Shown: positions 1 to 12,600 of the stretch, one piece after another
How the letters are laid out: the number at the start of each line of letters is the position of its first letter
Numbering within the stretch: the stretch's first letter is position 1
Origin: Raillietiella orientalis
Taxonomy: Eukaryota
DNA length: 64,000 bases
Reading direction: 5' to 3'
Assembly (NCBI GenBank): GCA_036172245.1
Contig: JAYWIR010000020.1
Span: 434,001-498,000, forward strand
Translations under genes and position numbers: made by a program
Notes under the pieces: model-generated
The model's database searches: none
What the model was told of the DNA's origin: nothing
The model's input: the letters and a program-made list of their open reading frames with translations, nothing else

Positions 1-673
1 ATCTATGCAAATGGTTTGATTCATTTTTCCACACAGCAAAAAGAATTTGCCAACGTAATCGATGTACGTTATCTCCATTTGAATTCATCTTGTCTTTTTT
101 TTCGTACTGCTTTTTTTTTTTATAGCCTTAATAACAGTTAGATCAAAGCACTTCTAATCGGTGGATGCTGTATGTCTACAAGCAGTATTATATCGAATGC
201 AAGCTTTATTTTGTTAATTTTTGCGCGTTCTAATTATCCTTTTGCTTGTATTTGATAATCATTTTCATCTTTGTTAGAAAGGGTTGCATAAAGACGAAAT
301 GTGATGTCGAAAAATGATTTTGGGATACTCTGAGAAGCTTTGTTTTCTGTTTGTAAGTTCACATTAGAAACTCGGTGGCTTTTTTAGCTTACAGCAGCAG
401 CAGAATGCAAAACAGATATGCCATGCGTGCATCGATGATACTTAAATTCACGGTTCAAAATTGGTCTCTCCCTGTTTTGGAGAGGCTTCTGATTTGCCAG
501 CACATTCGTTCCATTATGGATCCATCCGTAGTTTTACGATAAATTGAGTTATCCCTTAGAAATGAGCGCTGTGTACCGATTAAGTTTTAGAAATCTTGCA
601 CGCCTGATATTTTCATACAGATGAATTTTGAGCTGTTTCATGTGTTATATGAAATGTTTCTAACTGTTCTTAG

Positions 674-749
674 AGATTGTCGTGTTGTTAGAGATCCGCA
701 GACTCTGAAATCTAAAGGCTATGGTTTTGTATCATTTGTGAAGAAAACG
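674..749 (+). CDS. TIAL1: TIA-1/TIAR exon, RRM2 (DCRVVRD...FVKKT)
   Basis: Acceptor ttcttag| at 673 and donor |gttagt at 750; contains RNP1 KGYGFVSF. Confidence 0.93.
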
Positions 750-2174
750 GTTAGTAACTGGATCATGTTTTCTATTATTATGCTTTATAAACTTCTTCAG
801 GATGCTGAGACGGCTATTGCTTCAATGAATGGAACATGGCTAGGAAGTCGCAATATCCGTACGAACTGGGCAACACGTAAACCGGTACCCAAAACGAATG
901 AAGGTATTTCTGTATAACATTCAGCATAACAATTATGTTCTTGCTAGCTGGAAATCAGAAAACTCTTACATTTGACGAAGTTTATAATCAGAGTAGCCCA
1001 ACCAATTGTACTGTGTACTGTGGCGGTGTAACTTACGGTTTAAGTGAGGAACTTATGCAGAAAACATTCACTCCTTTTGGAACTATTCAAGAGATTCGAG
1101 TATTTAAAGATAAAGGCTACGCATTTGTTAGGTGAGTAAACTTTTGAAACGTTCAGAAGTAATGACGACATCAACGCAGATTTGCATCAAAGGAGGCTGC
1201 TACTCATGCAATAGTTTCTGTTCATAATACGGATATAAACGGGCATTCAGTCAAATGTTCATGGGGTAAAGAGTCAAATGATCCGACGTCCATGTTGCCA
1301 CCTGGACAAATGGTAACATACTTAGACTCGACTTTCGTATGCAGTTTCCTTTCTTCAGCCATTATCTAATGCGCAGTTCCCGTACGCGCAATATGGGCAG
1401 CAAATGAGCTACTGGACCTGCCCGCCCCCAATTCCACAAATGCAAAACCAAATATTTCAGCAAGGTTATCCTTATGGGCAGTTCGGTGGTTACCAGCAAG
1501 GCTACGTGGGGTAGGTGTTTGGTCACAGCAGCCGTCTACGTTCCGCACATCAGTCTCAATTCCACAAGTCTCCCAATTATTATATACTCTAAAAAGGAAA
1601 CACTTTTTTCAAGCAGACAACTAGTATCTTCTTCTGTATGTTACGTCCCTCTCCTCACCCTCATCCTATACCCAAATGGCTGCTCGAGCTCTCCCATTTA
1701 CGAACCACCATTCCTGGTGAAAATGGAAAAGTCAAGCGTGTTGCCCTTGTACAAAGTAAATAAATATATAAGATGGAGTAGTGGTTTCATTTTCCTCCAT
1801 GTTGTTATTAACCCTTGACCCTCAATGATTGAAAAACATTGCTTTCAATATTTCTGTTATAGGTCGCCTCTAGATATTGCAGCCTCCATCAGAAGGTAAA
1901 TAAGCGTACGTTATAAGCACGCGATCTCTGCATCATTCCCTGCTTGCACGTGGGCATGAGCTCTTCTCTTGCTTGATGTATTTATCTCCCAACTCGCGGG
2001 AGTTGCTGAAAGTATCCATATTTTAGCATGGGAGTTCAACTAGTGGGTCCATGGCAATGCAGCCTATTTCCTCCATCCATTAATAATTTGGCAGCAGCGC
2101 AGCTGTCAGCAGCATGGGGAACTTTCCATCCTTCGGGATTGATGTATCCATTACAACAATTTCAAGTGGTCTGA
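674..2174 (+). CDS. TIAL1: TIA-1/TIAR (nucleolysin; Drosophila Rox8-like) RRM RNA-binding protein, 3' part; 5' exons lie before the window. join(674..749,801..903,948..1131,1180..1312,1359..1510,2027..2174)
   Basis: Spliced translation gives [53 protein letters not shown] (RRM2 RNP1), [20 protein letters not shown]...[46 protein letters not shown] (RRM3), then a Q/G/Y/P-rich tail ending YPLQQFQVV*. All introns are GT-AG with consistent phases. The symbol marks the family; TIA1 versus TIAL1 orthology cannot be resolved here. Confidence 0.93.
801..903 (+). CDS. TIAL1: TIA-1/TIAR exon, end of RRM2 (DAETAI...RTNWATRKP)
   Basis: Acceptor cttcttcag| at 800 and donor |gtattt at 904; family motif [10 protein letters not shown]. 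Confidence 0.93.
948..1131 (+). CDS. TIAL1: TIA-1/TIAR exon, RRM3 first part
   Basis: Acceptor ttgctag| at 947 and donor |gtgagt at 1132; NCTVYCGG and KGYAFVR. Confidence 0.93.
1180..1312 (+). CDS. TIAL1: TIA-1/TIAR exon, RRM3 second part
   Basis: Acceptor cgcag| at 1179 and donor |gtaaca at 1313; [15 protein letters not shown]...VKCSWGKES. Confidence 0.92.
1359..1510 (+). CDS. TIAL1: TIA-1/TIAR exon, Q/Y/G-rich prion-like domain
   Basis: Acceptor ttcttcag| at 1358 and donor |gtaggt at 1511; [19 protein letters not shown]...[17 protein letters not shown]. Confidence 0.88.
2027..2174 (+). CDS. TIAL1: TIA-1/TIAR probable terminal coding exon
   Basis: Acceptor attttag| at 2026, phase 2 matching the 1510 donor; open frame (G)[10 protein letters not shown]...[10 protein letters not shown]...[10 protein letters not shown] with TGA at 2172-2174. 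Confidence 0.75.
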
Positions 2175-4110
2175 TCAACAGGCTAATCCTAGGTTTGTAT
2201 GACATTCTATGCAATCTCCAACATCATCAATGTGTAAAATGCTGGAAAACAGTGTTTCCCTTGATGCAAATTGTTGACAATTAGGATTGCTAACACGAAC
2301 CATATCTCAGTCACGGGGCTTCGCTTGTGGGAGAACAGTGAATTACTTTCGCTGCCCTTCAGTTGCATTTCTACATTTGTCGTTTCAACGCAAAGGTTCA
2401 GAAGAGGTTGCTAAGCGTCCGATCATTTTCCTGCATTTCTGTACGTCCCGTCAAATGTTCTTGTTTATTCATGATTAAAATCTCACATTTACACGCTTCT
2501 GGCAGGTACAAGTCTGAACATGCAAGTTTCCCGTACATTTCATTTTTATGTGCAAAGATTCTCTGAATTCATAATTCAAGATTTCTATGGAAGATAAGTC
2601 ACTAGAATCAGGGTCTACGCATGCAACTTACATTTATGCACATAGAAAGTTATATTCAACAGAATGAAGTTCGCTTGCTGGTGCTTCACGAATGCCAATG
2701 AAGCAAGTATCGAAAATCCCTGTAAAGCAATACTGCATCTGTTATACTTCACTTTCAGTATTATAATTAGATACACTGAAAGTAATTAGATTCAAATCAA
2801 ATACTAGATATAAGTAAATAATCTTCAAGCCTTTGTTTTAAGTAATTCTAAAAAAGCAAACAGCATTTAGTTGCTTGAGAAGCAAGTCATTCCATTATTT
2901 CACACTAGTGAACTTTTTGAGATTTGCTTATTAACGTTTCTGCTGCGACATATTTTGCTAAAATAACTAATCAGTTTGTTTATTAGATATTCATATAATG
3001 TTGTGAAAACAGATTTCGACGAAATGAAAATTAATACCATCTCGTACTGCATCCACATTTCTGATATTTAAATATGCATCCCCCCCCCATTTATCTCAAT
3101 AGCTGCCTACCCGTACAGCAAATTCGTGATGTACGAACGAAGAGTTGATCTTGGCAATTCTGAAAACTCAAATGAAGATTGCGTTTCACACTGAGGCAGG
3201 AAACGGCCAGTATTCTCATCAGTACTTTCGAAAAATACAATCTTAGTTCTTTCGTTACATTAGTGGACCTCAAGAATCGCATTTTATGATTTGGCGTAAA
3301 AAAGGCTATTTTTTTGAGCATTTAATCCATACTTCGCTGCGCATGGCTTGCAAATGGATTAAGCCGAAAATTTTGACAAATAGGATTAGCAATCTTTTAT
3401 TTGTGTAATGCAAAATTTTTCACTTGGATGCATATCTTTCCGCCCCCCCCCCCTTCTTCAACATTTGCATGATAGCGCCTGCATCGGCATACACTATTTG
3501 TGTAGTTTTCATATACCTGAACTCAGTGAACGTGATTTCTCTTTTCCTAATAGCATGCACCACCACATAAGGTGGTGCTTCTTTTTTTCATTAAATGCAT
3601 TTGCAGAGCTCTATATTCTTAGCATCGCTAGGGTACTCGTTATTATTTGTGCCATTAGTTCCTAGAAAAAACGAGTGCTTGAAGAAAACATTCGATTTGG
3701 GTCAAATAAGCAAAGTACGATCAACATTCTCGTAATTACGTACACATTTTTTATGGCTATGCTATTGAATGCTTGTTTCTCAAGTTCAACAAAAAGCATC
3801 TACTATCAAAACCGTTTTCTTTTAAGTGCACATTACAATAAAGTAAAATGTGGGCATACTTTTCCAAATCAAACTAAGCCATTCTACAGTTATTTATGTA
3901 GTTCGTAGATAGTGCATAAGAAAATGTACATGGGATTGAAAATGCATGATTCTTTTAAAAACACGGAAAATGAAATTCAAAATGTTGAAAGCTAATTTGG
4001 TTTTACAATTGATTCTATTTTCAGATCACATTTCTTGTCTCTGTATAACGAAGTGAAAAAAGTTATGAATCTGAGAAACATTTTGCAAGAGATGTACTCG
4101 ATTTCTTGAA

Positions 4111-4136
4111 AGAGAGAGGGAGAGAGAGAGAGTGTA

Positions 4137-4177
<41 letters not shown>

Positions 4178-4190
4178 AAGAAAGAAAGAA
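4111..4190. repeat. (GA)n/(GAAA)n compound microsatellite
   Basis: AG dinucleotide runs followed by GAAA units, read directly. Confidence 0.95.
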
Positions 4191-5029
4191 AATCGTCTCC
4201 GAACAGTGAACGATGTTTGAAGGAACAGTTATAGAAGCAGCACTCACTGGATTATTCTATTCAATGTGGACATTTCAGAAATACCATTTCTTTAATGACT
4301 GAGGTTGGTGGACTAGAAGAGATACGAAGAGATTAGTGGTGATGCTTTTCAATGACTTTGCAAAGCAGTGAAGGAGTGTCTCTAAGAAATGTGATAAACT
4401 GTTTAATCCTGCAGAGTGACGAAAAGATTGTTATAATTTTTATGCCTGTATTTATTTATGAATAGATCCCGACAAGTTCCCTGTACCGAAGTTTCCGAAG
4501 TTTGCTTAGGTTAGCTACTTTTGGTTTTAATGTGTACGCAGTTCTCATCGAATTGCATATGAAATTCAACAGGAAGATTTTTTTTTTTTTTAAGTCATTT
4601 TTAATCAAGTTCATGCAAATTTATTTACATTCCTTCTGATACATAACTAGCGATAAGTATCTGCAAGTTCGTAACCTTTTGCATTCTTCATTGAGAGGGT
4701 TGTCACCGTAAGAAAATGTAAGAAACATCTTGTGAAAAAGAACCTTTTCCTTCCATGATGATATGTTCTTATTATTAAACTCTCTTCTTACTTTCTTCAA
4801 GGGTTTTTTTCATCTTAGCAACCATGGTATTATCACATGCTGAAATTATTACTCAAACCGGACAATGTACAAGCTATAGATAAAATAACATAAGGGGGCT
4901 ATTAATTTTCTCGAAATCATCCAAGCCTTTCCACTGTTAATTTTCATCATGACGTTAATCTTGATGGAGAGGAATATTTTTGTATGAAACATATTTCATA
5001 AAAACGTGCTAATCAAAGAAGTAATCTAA

Positions 5030-5350
5030 CCAGATTATGCGGACGGTACAAGCATGCATAAGGATTTGGGGAGGTGCATGCATAACTGGCATATTATGGG
5101 AACCATCTCGAGAAGAGAAACGACATTTTTGCTTTTGCTCAAATGCAAAAGAATACCTTGAGTGCAAACTTAAAGCAAATCCCAAACAAAGGATGGCACT
5201 TGGAAAATACTTGCTTTGAACAAAAATCCTTAACATAATTAAAGTTACCATTAGAAACTCTCTTCACAAATTGCCTTAACGATAACAGGGAAGTCCAACG
5301 CTTAATTAAGAGTGAACTGAAGATTCCCATAGCATTGGTTAAAGACTAGT
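5030..5350 (+). mobile_element. Decayed Tc1-like transposase fragment
   Basis: RTVQACIRIWGGACITG resembles TVKHGG.SIMVWGC, SNAKEYL resembles MNA..Y, and SELKIPIALV resembles SPDLNPIE.LW. Stops are present and the match is by eye. Confidence 0.3.
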
Positions 5351-6499
5351 ACACAAGTTGTAGACATACGACTCAGGCTCTCATAAAGCTAAATCTAAAT
5401 GAGAAATACAGATTGAGGAGGGAAATAATTTTTTTTTATTCGAAATCATCGCATCTTGAAATATGGGAATGTAAATTTGTAACCTGAATCCATTTTGCAG
5501 GCAATACTGATTCTGAAGTCTGCTTCTAGAAATACAGTTGATATTTCCACTGACTAAAGGCATTTGTTGATTCATGTTATATCTCCCGATTTGAAACCAG
5601 GAAGATGCTTGAAATCAACATTTGCTTGAAAGACGAGTAAGAAAAACGGTGAACTTCGAAAGGTTGATGCTTTGAAGTAATGATGTGCTCTTTGCGAATA
5701 GAGTGCAAAACTACGATATTTTCATAGCGGCGCTGAATTTGAAAGACAAGAAAAAAGAGTGGCAAATCGACCGTGAAAAAAATAGTGATTTTTAGATACA
5801 GCTGGATAAATTCCGTTTTCCAATATTTTATTGGAAAACGAAATTCGATGCAAATACCGATCTCGGTTTAATGAGATGAAAAGTTCTGTTATCAGCTATG
5901 AAATCACGCAATGCTTCCAGAACTTTCGGAAGATAGCAATTTCATGCACTCTGACCACCCAATTCTCTATGTTATCTTGAAGTAACAGTGAAAATCCGTA
6001 ACTTCATGAAATTTGTACACAATTCAAGGAGATGAACTGAAACACGATACAAGGAGCTTCACGATTCCAGGAATGCTAAGTTCTAGAGACCAGTTTCTTT
6101 TCTTCCATCTGTTTTTTCCAACCACAAAATGAAAAAACAACGGAGTTTTTCGAACTTAGGTAATCAAGTGAGAAAGCGCTACCTTGATCTATTGAAGCTG
6201 TAAAAAGCGAAGAGTTTCTCTTTCCTGACTTCTTGACTTGGGAGTACTACCAAAAGAAGTGATAAACTCGACTGCCTCTTTCCGCTTCCTTTGGAGCTGC
6301 ATCCGTGTTGTAAGCAACCGGAAGCAAAGTATTAGGATGAGGAAACACACACATTGCTTTATTTTGCTAGATTCCACACAAAGACCCAGTCTTTGTTTCT
6401 CGGAACACCCTGGAATTCGACCTTTGCCAATGATTTGAGCGTTACCGCTTTCCTAGCTCTCTTCAGTTTTGAAAACGGAGAACCCACCAAGGAATCCCA

Positions 6500-8150
6500 A
6501 TCGGCGGAACGTCAGCATCGAACACCCCCGCTTCCAACACGGGAATGAACTGCATGCATTATTGATAGAGGAACGCTTCCGTAGCCCTAGTGTTCTCTTT
6601 GGGAACTTCCGAGTTGAGAAGAGGAGAGGAGTCGAAGAATCGAAGTGGTTTGGACCACGGAAAAAGACGATGTCGAGAAGAAGGAAAGATGATAAAACGA
6701 CACGCAGACGGACGCGCCACAGTCTACGGGTTGTGTTGAATGTGTACAAAGTCTTTCGTTCACGTCCAACGAGGTCATCCACAAGTGTTATAGAGAGGTC
6801 AATCCAAGTCGGATCAAAGGTAATAAGCTTCAGTGGCGATCAAATACAAACCAGCAATAACCTTGGAATAAACCGGTGCGATCTGGAAACCAGAGATGTG
6901 ATTTTCTTGCAAACAGGTCCAACTCTTGCAGTCCGTTTCGAGAACCCCATTCGATGCGTCAGAGTTCTTGACTAGCTGACTTTACGCTTTTCTGCTTCAG
7001 AGAGAAGATGCTCCTTGCACGTTCAATCTGTTTTCACATAGAGAAACACAGTCGAGACGAACGATGTGCTTGAAAAGGGGATCTTGACCAGTGGACACGT
7101 CGACACTTTCCCTCTTTACTGCTGTATTTCTACTTTTCCCTGAGATCGAGAAGAGCAAGCTCTGCTGTTCCCAGCATCGCTGTGAGTCGTCTTTAGTAGA
7201 CTCTCTCTCGCTCCTTAGAGGAACTGTCCAGTATCAGCACAGCTCACCACTGACAACCTTCTGTTGAGAATCCAGGATGGTCCACGAGCTCTTGTGATGC
7301 ATTTAGTTTTCATCCCCTCTTCTCCTTCCCCTTCCACCTCCTTTTCTCCCCTTTTCCTTTAATTTTTTATTGACATCTCATCATCTTCCGAAACAACAAA
7401 ATAATTACTCCGATTTTCTCAGTCTAAGCTGCTCAGCATCATCCTCGAAAGGGCAGAATTATTTTGCATAATATTAGTGGACTGAGAGATGAGACCGCTT
7501 CAGACATACTCATCTCAGCGTTTACGTGATTCTGTCCTGGGAGGATGCTCGGCTGATCCTCAGAGAAGATGCTCAGGAGACCCAACACATATGTTTGGAA
7601 CTTCCCTGAATCAGTGGTCGCAAAGCTTCCACTCACGAGACTCTGCTGGAGGTGGATCTGTTCACAGAGACTTCCTGATCTTTTCAGATCTGTGAACTAC
7701 TTTTGTTATGGTCTTCGTTCCGGATGGAAGCTCCTCTCTCTATTCATCTTTCCCCGCCTCCGAAGAATGGTTCCCGGTTTTTTCTTTCTGCTGTTTCTTC
7801 CCGGAAGGCATCGGCTTGCAGGGCGAGCATCTCAAGGAACGATGGAGTCACCAGCTGACAAGAGGGGATGCAGTTTCGGCTTCCCACAAGATCAGGAAAT
7901 CAGTTCACCAGATCCTTGTTTTATTTCTTCTCAGCCTCTGTTCTCCTTCCACAGAGAGACTACCTCCAAAAAGCCAACTGCTCCCCTTGGAGCATCTTCC
8001 TTTCAATCTGCGTTGTAGGTCGGGTCACAACACATCTGGCTTCTCGCTTCCGCTGCTGGACTTTGAGGGAAGAGGCCGGTCCCGAGAGTGGAAAACGAAT
8101 GTGCTCCTGCTGCTCCGCATCACTGACCTCATATCCCATCCGGGAGGAAA
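6500..8150 (-). mobile_element. Decayed non-LTR (LINE, CR1/L2/Jockey-group) ORF2 fragments
   Basis: Minus-strand remnants of the APE-RT linker (VTPS, LEMLALQADAFRE, IFSEDQP) and of the RT C-terminus (RFIPRLLLVCI*SP resembles FIRP.LEY.C.VWSP). Frameshifted. Confidence 0.4.
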
Positions 8151-11100
8151 ACGCGCTTCCGTCTGAGAACCAGGGTGATTTTTCATTCCACGGAAAAAAT
8201 GTGCAATAAAATTCGAAATTAGAAATACAAGTCGGTAACGACTTTGTGATTGAAGAGATGTAAGAATTTTCTTTCTGAACATCCTAGACACCTGGTTAGC
8301 AGTCCACTCGCAGCAGTGGAATGCTAAGGCAGGCGTCGGCTTCTCCGAGCCAATCAGAAGCGTACGGCTTCCCTCTTCCTCGCATCGCTTTCAGCAGAAT
8401 GTTGATTCTTATTCCTCATTTGGGGGAAGGCCCCGGTTTCCTTCAGCAAAGGATTTCTTGAGGTTCCAGCGAAGCATGGAAGTGGGCGTTGCTCAACGGC
8501 GTCTTTTTTTCGAAATTCTGCTATGTGTCGGTCAGATTCTAGGCAAGGGGCAGATTTTGTCTTTTATTCAAAACGATTCTTGGCTCTGAACTAGACCTGC
8601 GATCGGTTCCCAGGAGATAGCTAAAATACACGTGTATTCTTCTCATCACTGATATTGATGCTAATATTTTTTCACCTGATAAGTCGGCGTCACTGTTGCA
8701 TATCTTTGTATGCCTGGAGATTTTACTCCTTCCTTCTCCTGCGAATGAAGACGTGGCGTTGCCATGAGCTCTCCATCGTTGCCCTGATAGTTCGGAGTAT
8801 TATCACGTGCCACCCACCTTCTCTTTGCAGACTCACCGAGTGTTATTTCCTTCCCAAATGATTCCTCCGATCTCTCAGGAGGAAGGAGGATATCGGAGGA
8901 TACAGAATACTAGGGGATAGGATGCATCCATACCAACGTGCAAGCTTGTCTTTGCCTGCTGCCTTGCATCACAGACAAATGCTTTCATGATCTGTTACAC
9001 AACATCAGTTTGCTGCTAAAATATATTTATATTAATTAATTAAATAATATTAAAAATTATAAAACAAAATATTAAGCGGGTAATGTTCTTCGCGCTACTT
9101 TTCATCTTTTTTTTTGTTCTTTGTGTTTGGTTCTTCTAATTCTAATGGTTCTGCTTCTGACGCTCTTCATTGCGAACTGGGGGGGCATCCACAGTACGGG
9201 GGAAGCATTTTCTCTGTTGGTTACACCGGAGCATTCGTCTGACTACGGCGTGTCATTGAATTCTGTCTGCTGGCAAAGCTCATTTTTATTTTAGCAGAAA
9301 AACAAAGCAACTCTTGTTCCTGTTGGCTGGAGGAGGGAGTTCACTGCACGAGTGCGGTCATCAGACGGCTAGCTCTTTCGATCCAGAATTCTTCGGGATG
9401 ATTATTTGCGATGCCACGTCTCGGCGCCATCTTTCTTCCTGCTTCGCCCTCGCACGCATGGCTTGCTGCCTCCTTCACTACATGCACGAGCAGCATCCTG
9501 CCCGTTGCGGACGCTGAGACGCTCGCAAGAAATGCTGCCGACTTCAAACTCCTGTGATTTCGAAAGAGGAATTTCGATGTTCTTGATGCTCATCGAGACG
9601 AACGGAATCGGGAAAGACGACACACACCGACCGAGAAGAGGAGGTGGTGAATGTCAAGGAAGGTACCATTCGCAGAGTACCCCCGCCTGCCATTGGAAGA
9701 ATAAAGAAAGGGTCATGTTTGCTCATTATACGCTAGATACCACTTGATGAATTGGAGCTCAGCAGAAGATCTCAAAGAACTAAAGCAAACAGGGGAGGCT
9801 TCACGTTGTGCAGATTTCTGAAACTGTTCCTGCACACTTATGTAGAGGAAAATCTCCCAGTATTCATGCCATCTTTTTTTCTTTTTTTAAAAAAAGACTC
9901 GATTATTCTCTGCACAATTCGTTCCTAGCATTGCTGGATTTTCGCAATTCCTGATGTGAAAGTTCTTTTTTCTCTCTCCAGAATGGAAAACGCTGCCTCA
10001 TTCGAAAATGACTTTCCGTTTCCTAATGGTCTTCAGCAAGAATGAAAGGGAACAACCGGGCAGTGTGTTTCCACTATCAGGTAATTTGCATCTATTTTCC
10101 CTTTGATACCACAGTTCGTCCCTGTTTATTTCTGTGTTTATCCATACCCGACAAATCATCATTTTTTAACTTTGAACATTCATTAAAATCCGAACTTTAA
10201 AAAACTTCATGAAAGAGGAAGTGACTCTCAACTGAGGGAACATAAAAAAAAATGATGCTGATACTTCCCAGCACGAATCTGAATTTTTATTCATCTGTGC
10301 TTACTCTCAAGTTCTCAAGTGCTGTCTACCGTTGGACTTTGCCTACTGACAGATCTCTTGCTGAGTGCCAGTGAAAACACCAACAGATGGAACAGACACA
10401 CAATCGGATCATTCAGGTTTGGGAAGCTCAAAAAGACGGAATGCATCCCAAGCTCTCTGATTCCTAGAATCAGGATCAACAGCTTTACAAAAGACCTGAA
10501 CTAGGAGAACAGATGCTGGATGTTAATCGTGAAATGGAAGTCACGGAATCAAGTCAAGAGGACAGCCAGTCAGCAAAAGAGCAATGTGTGATTTTACTTG
10601 ACGGTGATTCATGAGGCAGACATGCTTTCTGGATTCAGAAGTTTGGTGGATTCGATAACTCGAGTGCTTTTTTTCGCATCAGTAACCCCCATTTGGGGAG
10701 CAGGACTAATCCCGAAGTCCCAAGCACATTTGACATTAATATAATCAAATAGCAAGAAGAGGGATGCAGGAAACGGCTTCGTTGTCGCATTCCCTCCTGA
10801 TTACAAACAATGCAATAGATCCTCATTAAAGAATGATTTATGTTTCCGACGAGAATACAAATTAATCTGGATTGCAGAGATCTGAAAAACAGGAACGGAG
10901 AAGCCAAAGAGGATAAACAGCGCATTTTTTTGTAAATAAGGTGGATTCGCATCTAGGGTTCCAGGTTTCTCATGGAGAACATGAGTCCAAGAAATTATCA
11001 GGAATCCTAACCGATCTACTTTTGCTGACGCTACTTTTGCTTATTACTTTTGCTCAAACATCGATCTGAGACTTCTGGAGCGCTGTTTGCCCAATCCCAT

Positions 11101-11710
11101 CTTGAAGGCGCTGGAGTCATGCAAAGGAAACCTTAAGGACGAACGTTCCTCGTGGAAGGTTCGAGACTCTTCTGCTTTCTGAATATTGAGTTTCCTTACT
11201 TTGAGCAAGAGTGCTGCTGAGGGAAGCGAAGCGCGTATGTGCAAAGGGACTCTTCTTTCCTTCTTTTCTTTCTTTTCTTTTTGCTTTTCCCTATCCCCCA
11301 GGAAGAGCATGGTACACAATCTTGAGAAAGGAAATTTCTACCTATGAATAATACCCATGAAACCCTATGAATGAGGTAGGGTTCCCTACCTGTTTTGGAT
11401 CGAGTATCTGCCTAACAGCGTTCAATCCATTATGACTCGTAATCCTTGAACTCTGAATAATTTAGAATGCTGCCTTAACGATGGAATGCTGACGTCATGC
11501 AGAGAGTCGATTTTTGCGAGGGAAACCGGAAATTGAAATTACTCAAAGGACTGTTCTCTCGACTGGAAAGAAATCCTTTCATTCGATTACAACTTGTGTT
11601 TCTTTCTGTACTTTTCTGGAGCATGCTACTTGCTGTTTGCTCCTGATTAATATTTCCGAGTGGGAATTTGTGCAAATGTGGAATTCTCTGAAACCTTGAG
11701 GAAGAGGCTG

Positions 11711-11712
<2 letters not shown>

Positions 11713-11749
<37 letters not shown>
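11713..11749. repeat. (CA)n microsatellite
   Basis: About 18 uninterrupted CA units. Confidence 0.97.
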
Positions 11750-11753
<4 letters not shown>

Positions 11754-12179
11754 AAAGAAGGAAAGAAAAAAAAAAAAGACACTGGAGTGGCTTGGATTTC
11801 CCACATCCTTCGGACCGATCTTGCGGAAGTTACTTTACCACGCATGGATGCTTCTTGTGCGCTTGTGTTCACCCAAACTGCAGCTTGCCTCGTGTTCTGG
11901 GAGGGACAATAAATCCAAAGTTTGAGCAAGAGCGAATACCTGGTGAGGAAACGAACTAATCGGCTTTCTTTCTCTCGGTTTTAAACTTTTCGAGCTTTGC
12001 ACTTGGCACACCACCACATGCCAACGCGTTTGAAAGCCGAGGTTCCAAAAGAAATAAAAATAAGCAAACGAAACAGAAGGACCAGCTTCTTCAGAAAGCA
12101 TGGCTTCTGGATTTCGAGAATGGAATCGGCCGCGTGTTTCTTGTATGCGTGTACAGGGAGATGTTGCTGAGATACAGCG

Positions 12180-12600
12180 ATGAACTCTGGAAAGTATGCG
12201 GCAAAGTCCTGCTGTCTTTCTCCGACGTGTTTGCTCTTTGAGGTGTTCTCTTGCGCATGTGATGATGTACTTTGGCCAGACAGCAGGGAAAAACCATTGC
12301 ATTCTTTAGCAGGGGAGGGAACTCCGCTCCTGAAGCCAAACTGCTGCACCTTTGTGTTTCCCCTTCCTCTGAATGCGAATCTTCCGTGTAACGATGCTTC
12401 CCAGAGATTCTTGTGAAACACAAAATTAGGGATGTGGAGTAGGTGAATTCCTCTCCAGCTTGGGATCTGCAAGGAAAGTTGAGTTGCCACGGATGAGGCA
12501 GGGACTTTTCTGAGAGTCCGCGTTTCGGTCTGAGATCTGTTCTCAGATTTGTCTCGAATGCTGTAGTGTTTCTCGGGTTTCTATATTGGCAACGGGACTC
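12180..12600 (-). mobile_element. Decayed LINE reverse transcriptase fragment
   Basis: LPHPWQ...YSTSLILCFTRISGK resembles P..WK...YRPISLL.C..K, followed in another frame by QQFGFRSG (the Q.GFR motif). Confidence 0.5.

Noticed and set aside
621..917. 98-aa ORF taken as a complete protein
   Set aside because: It starts in an intron and reads through the stop-free 51-nt intron. The spliced model removes the non-homologous residues.
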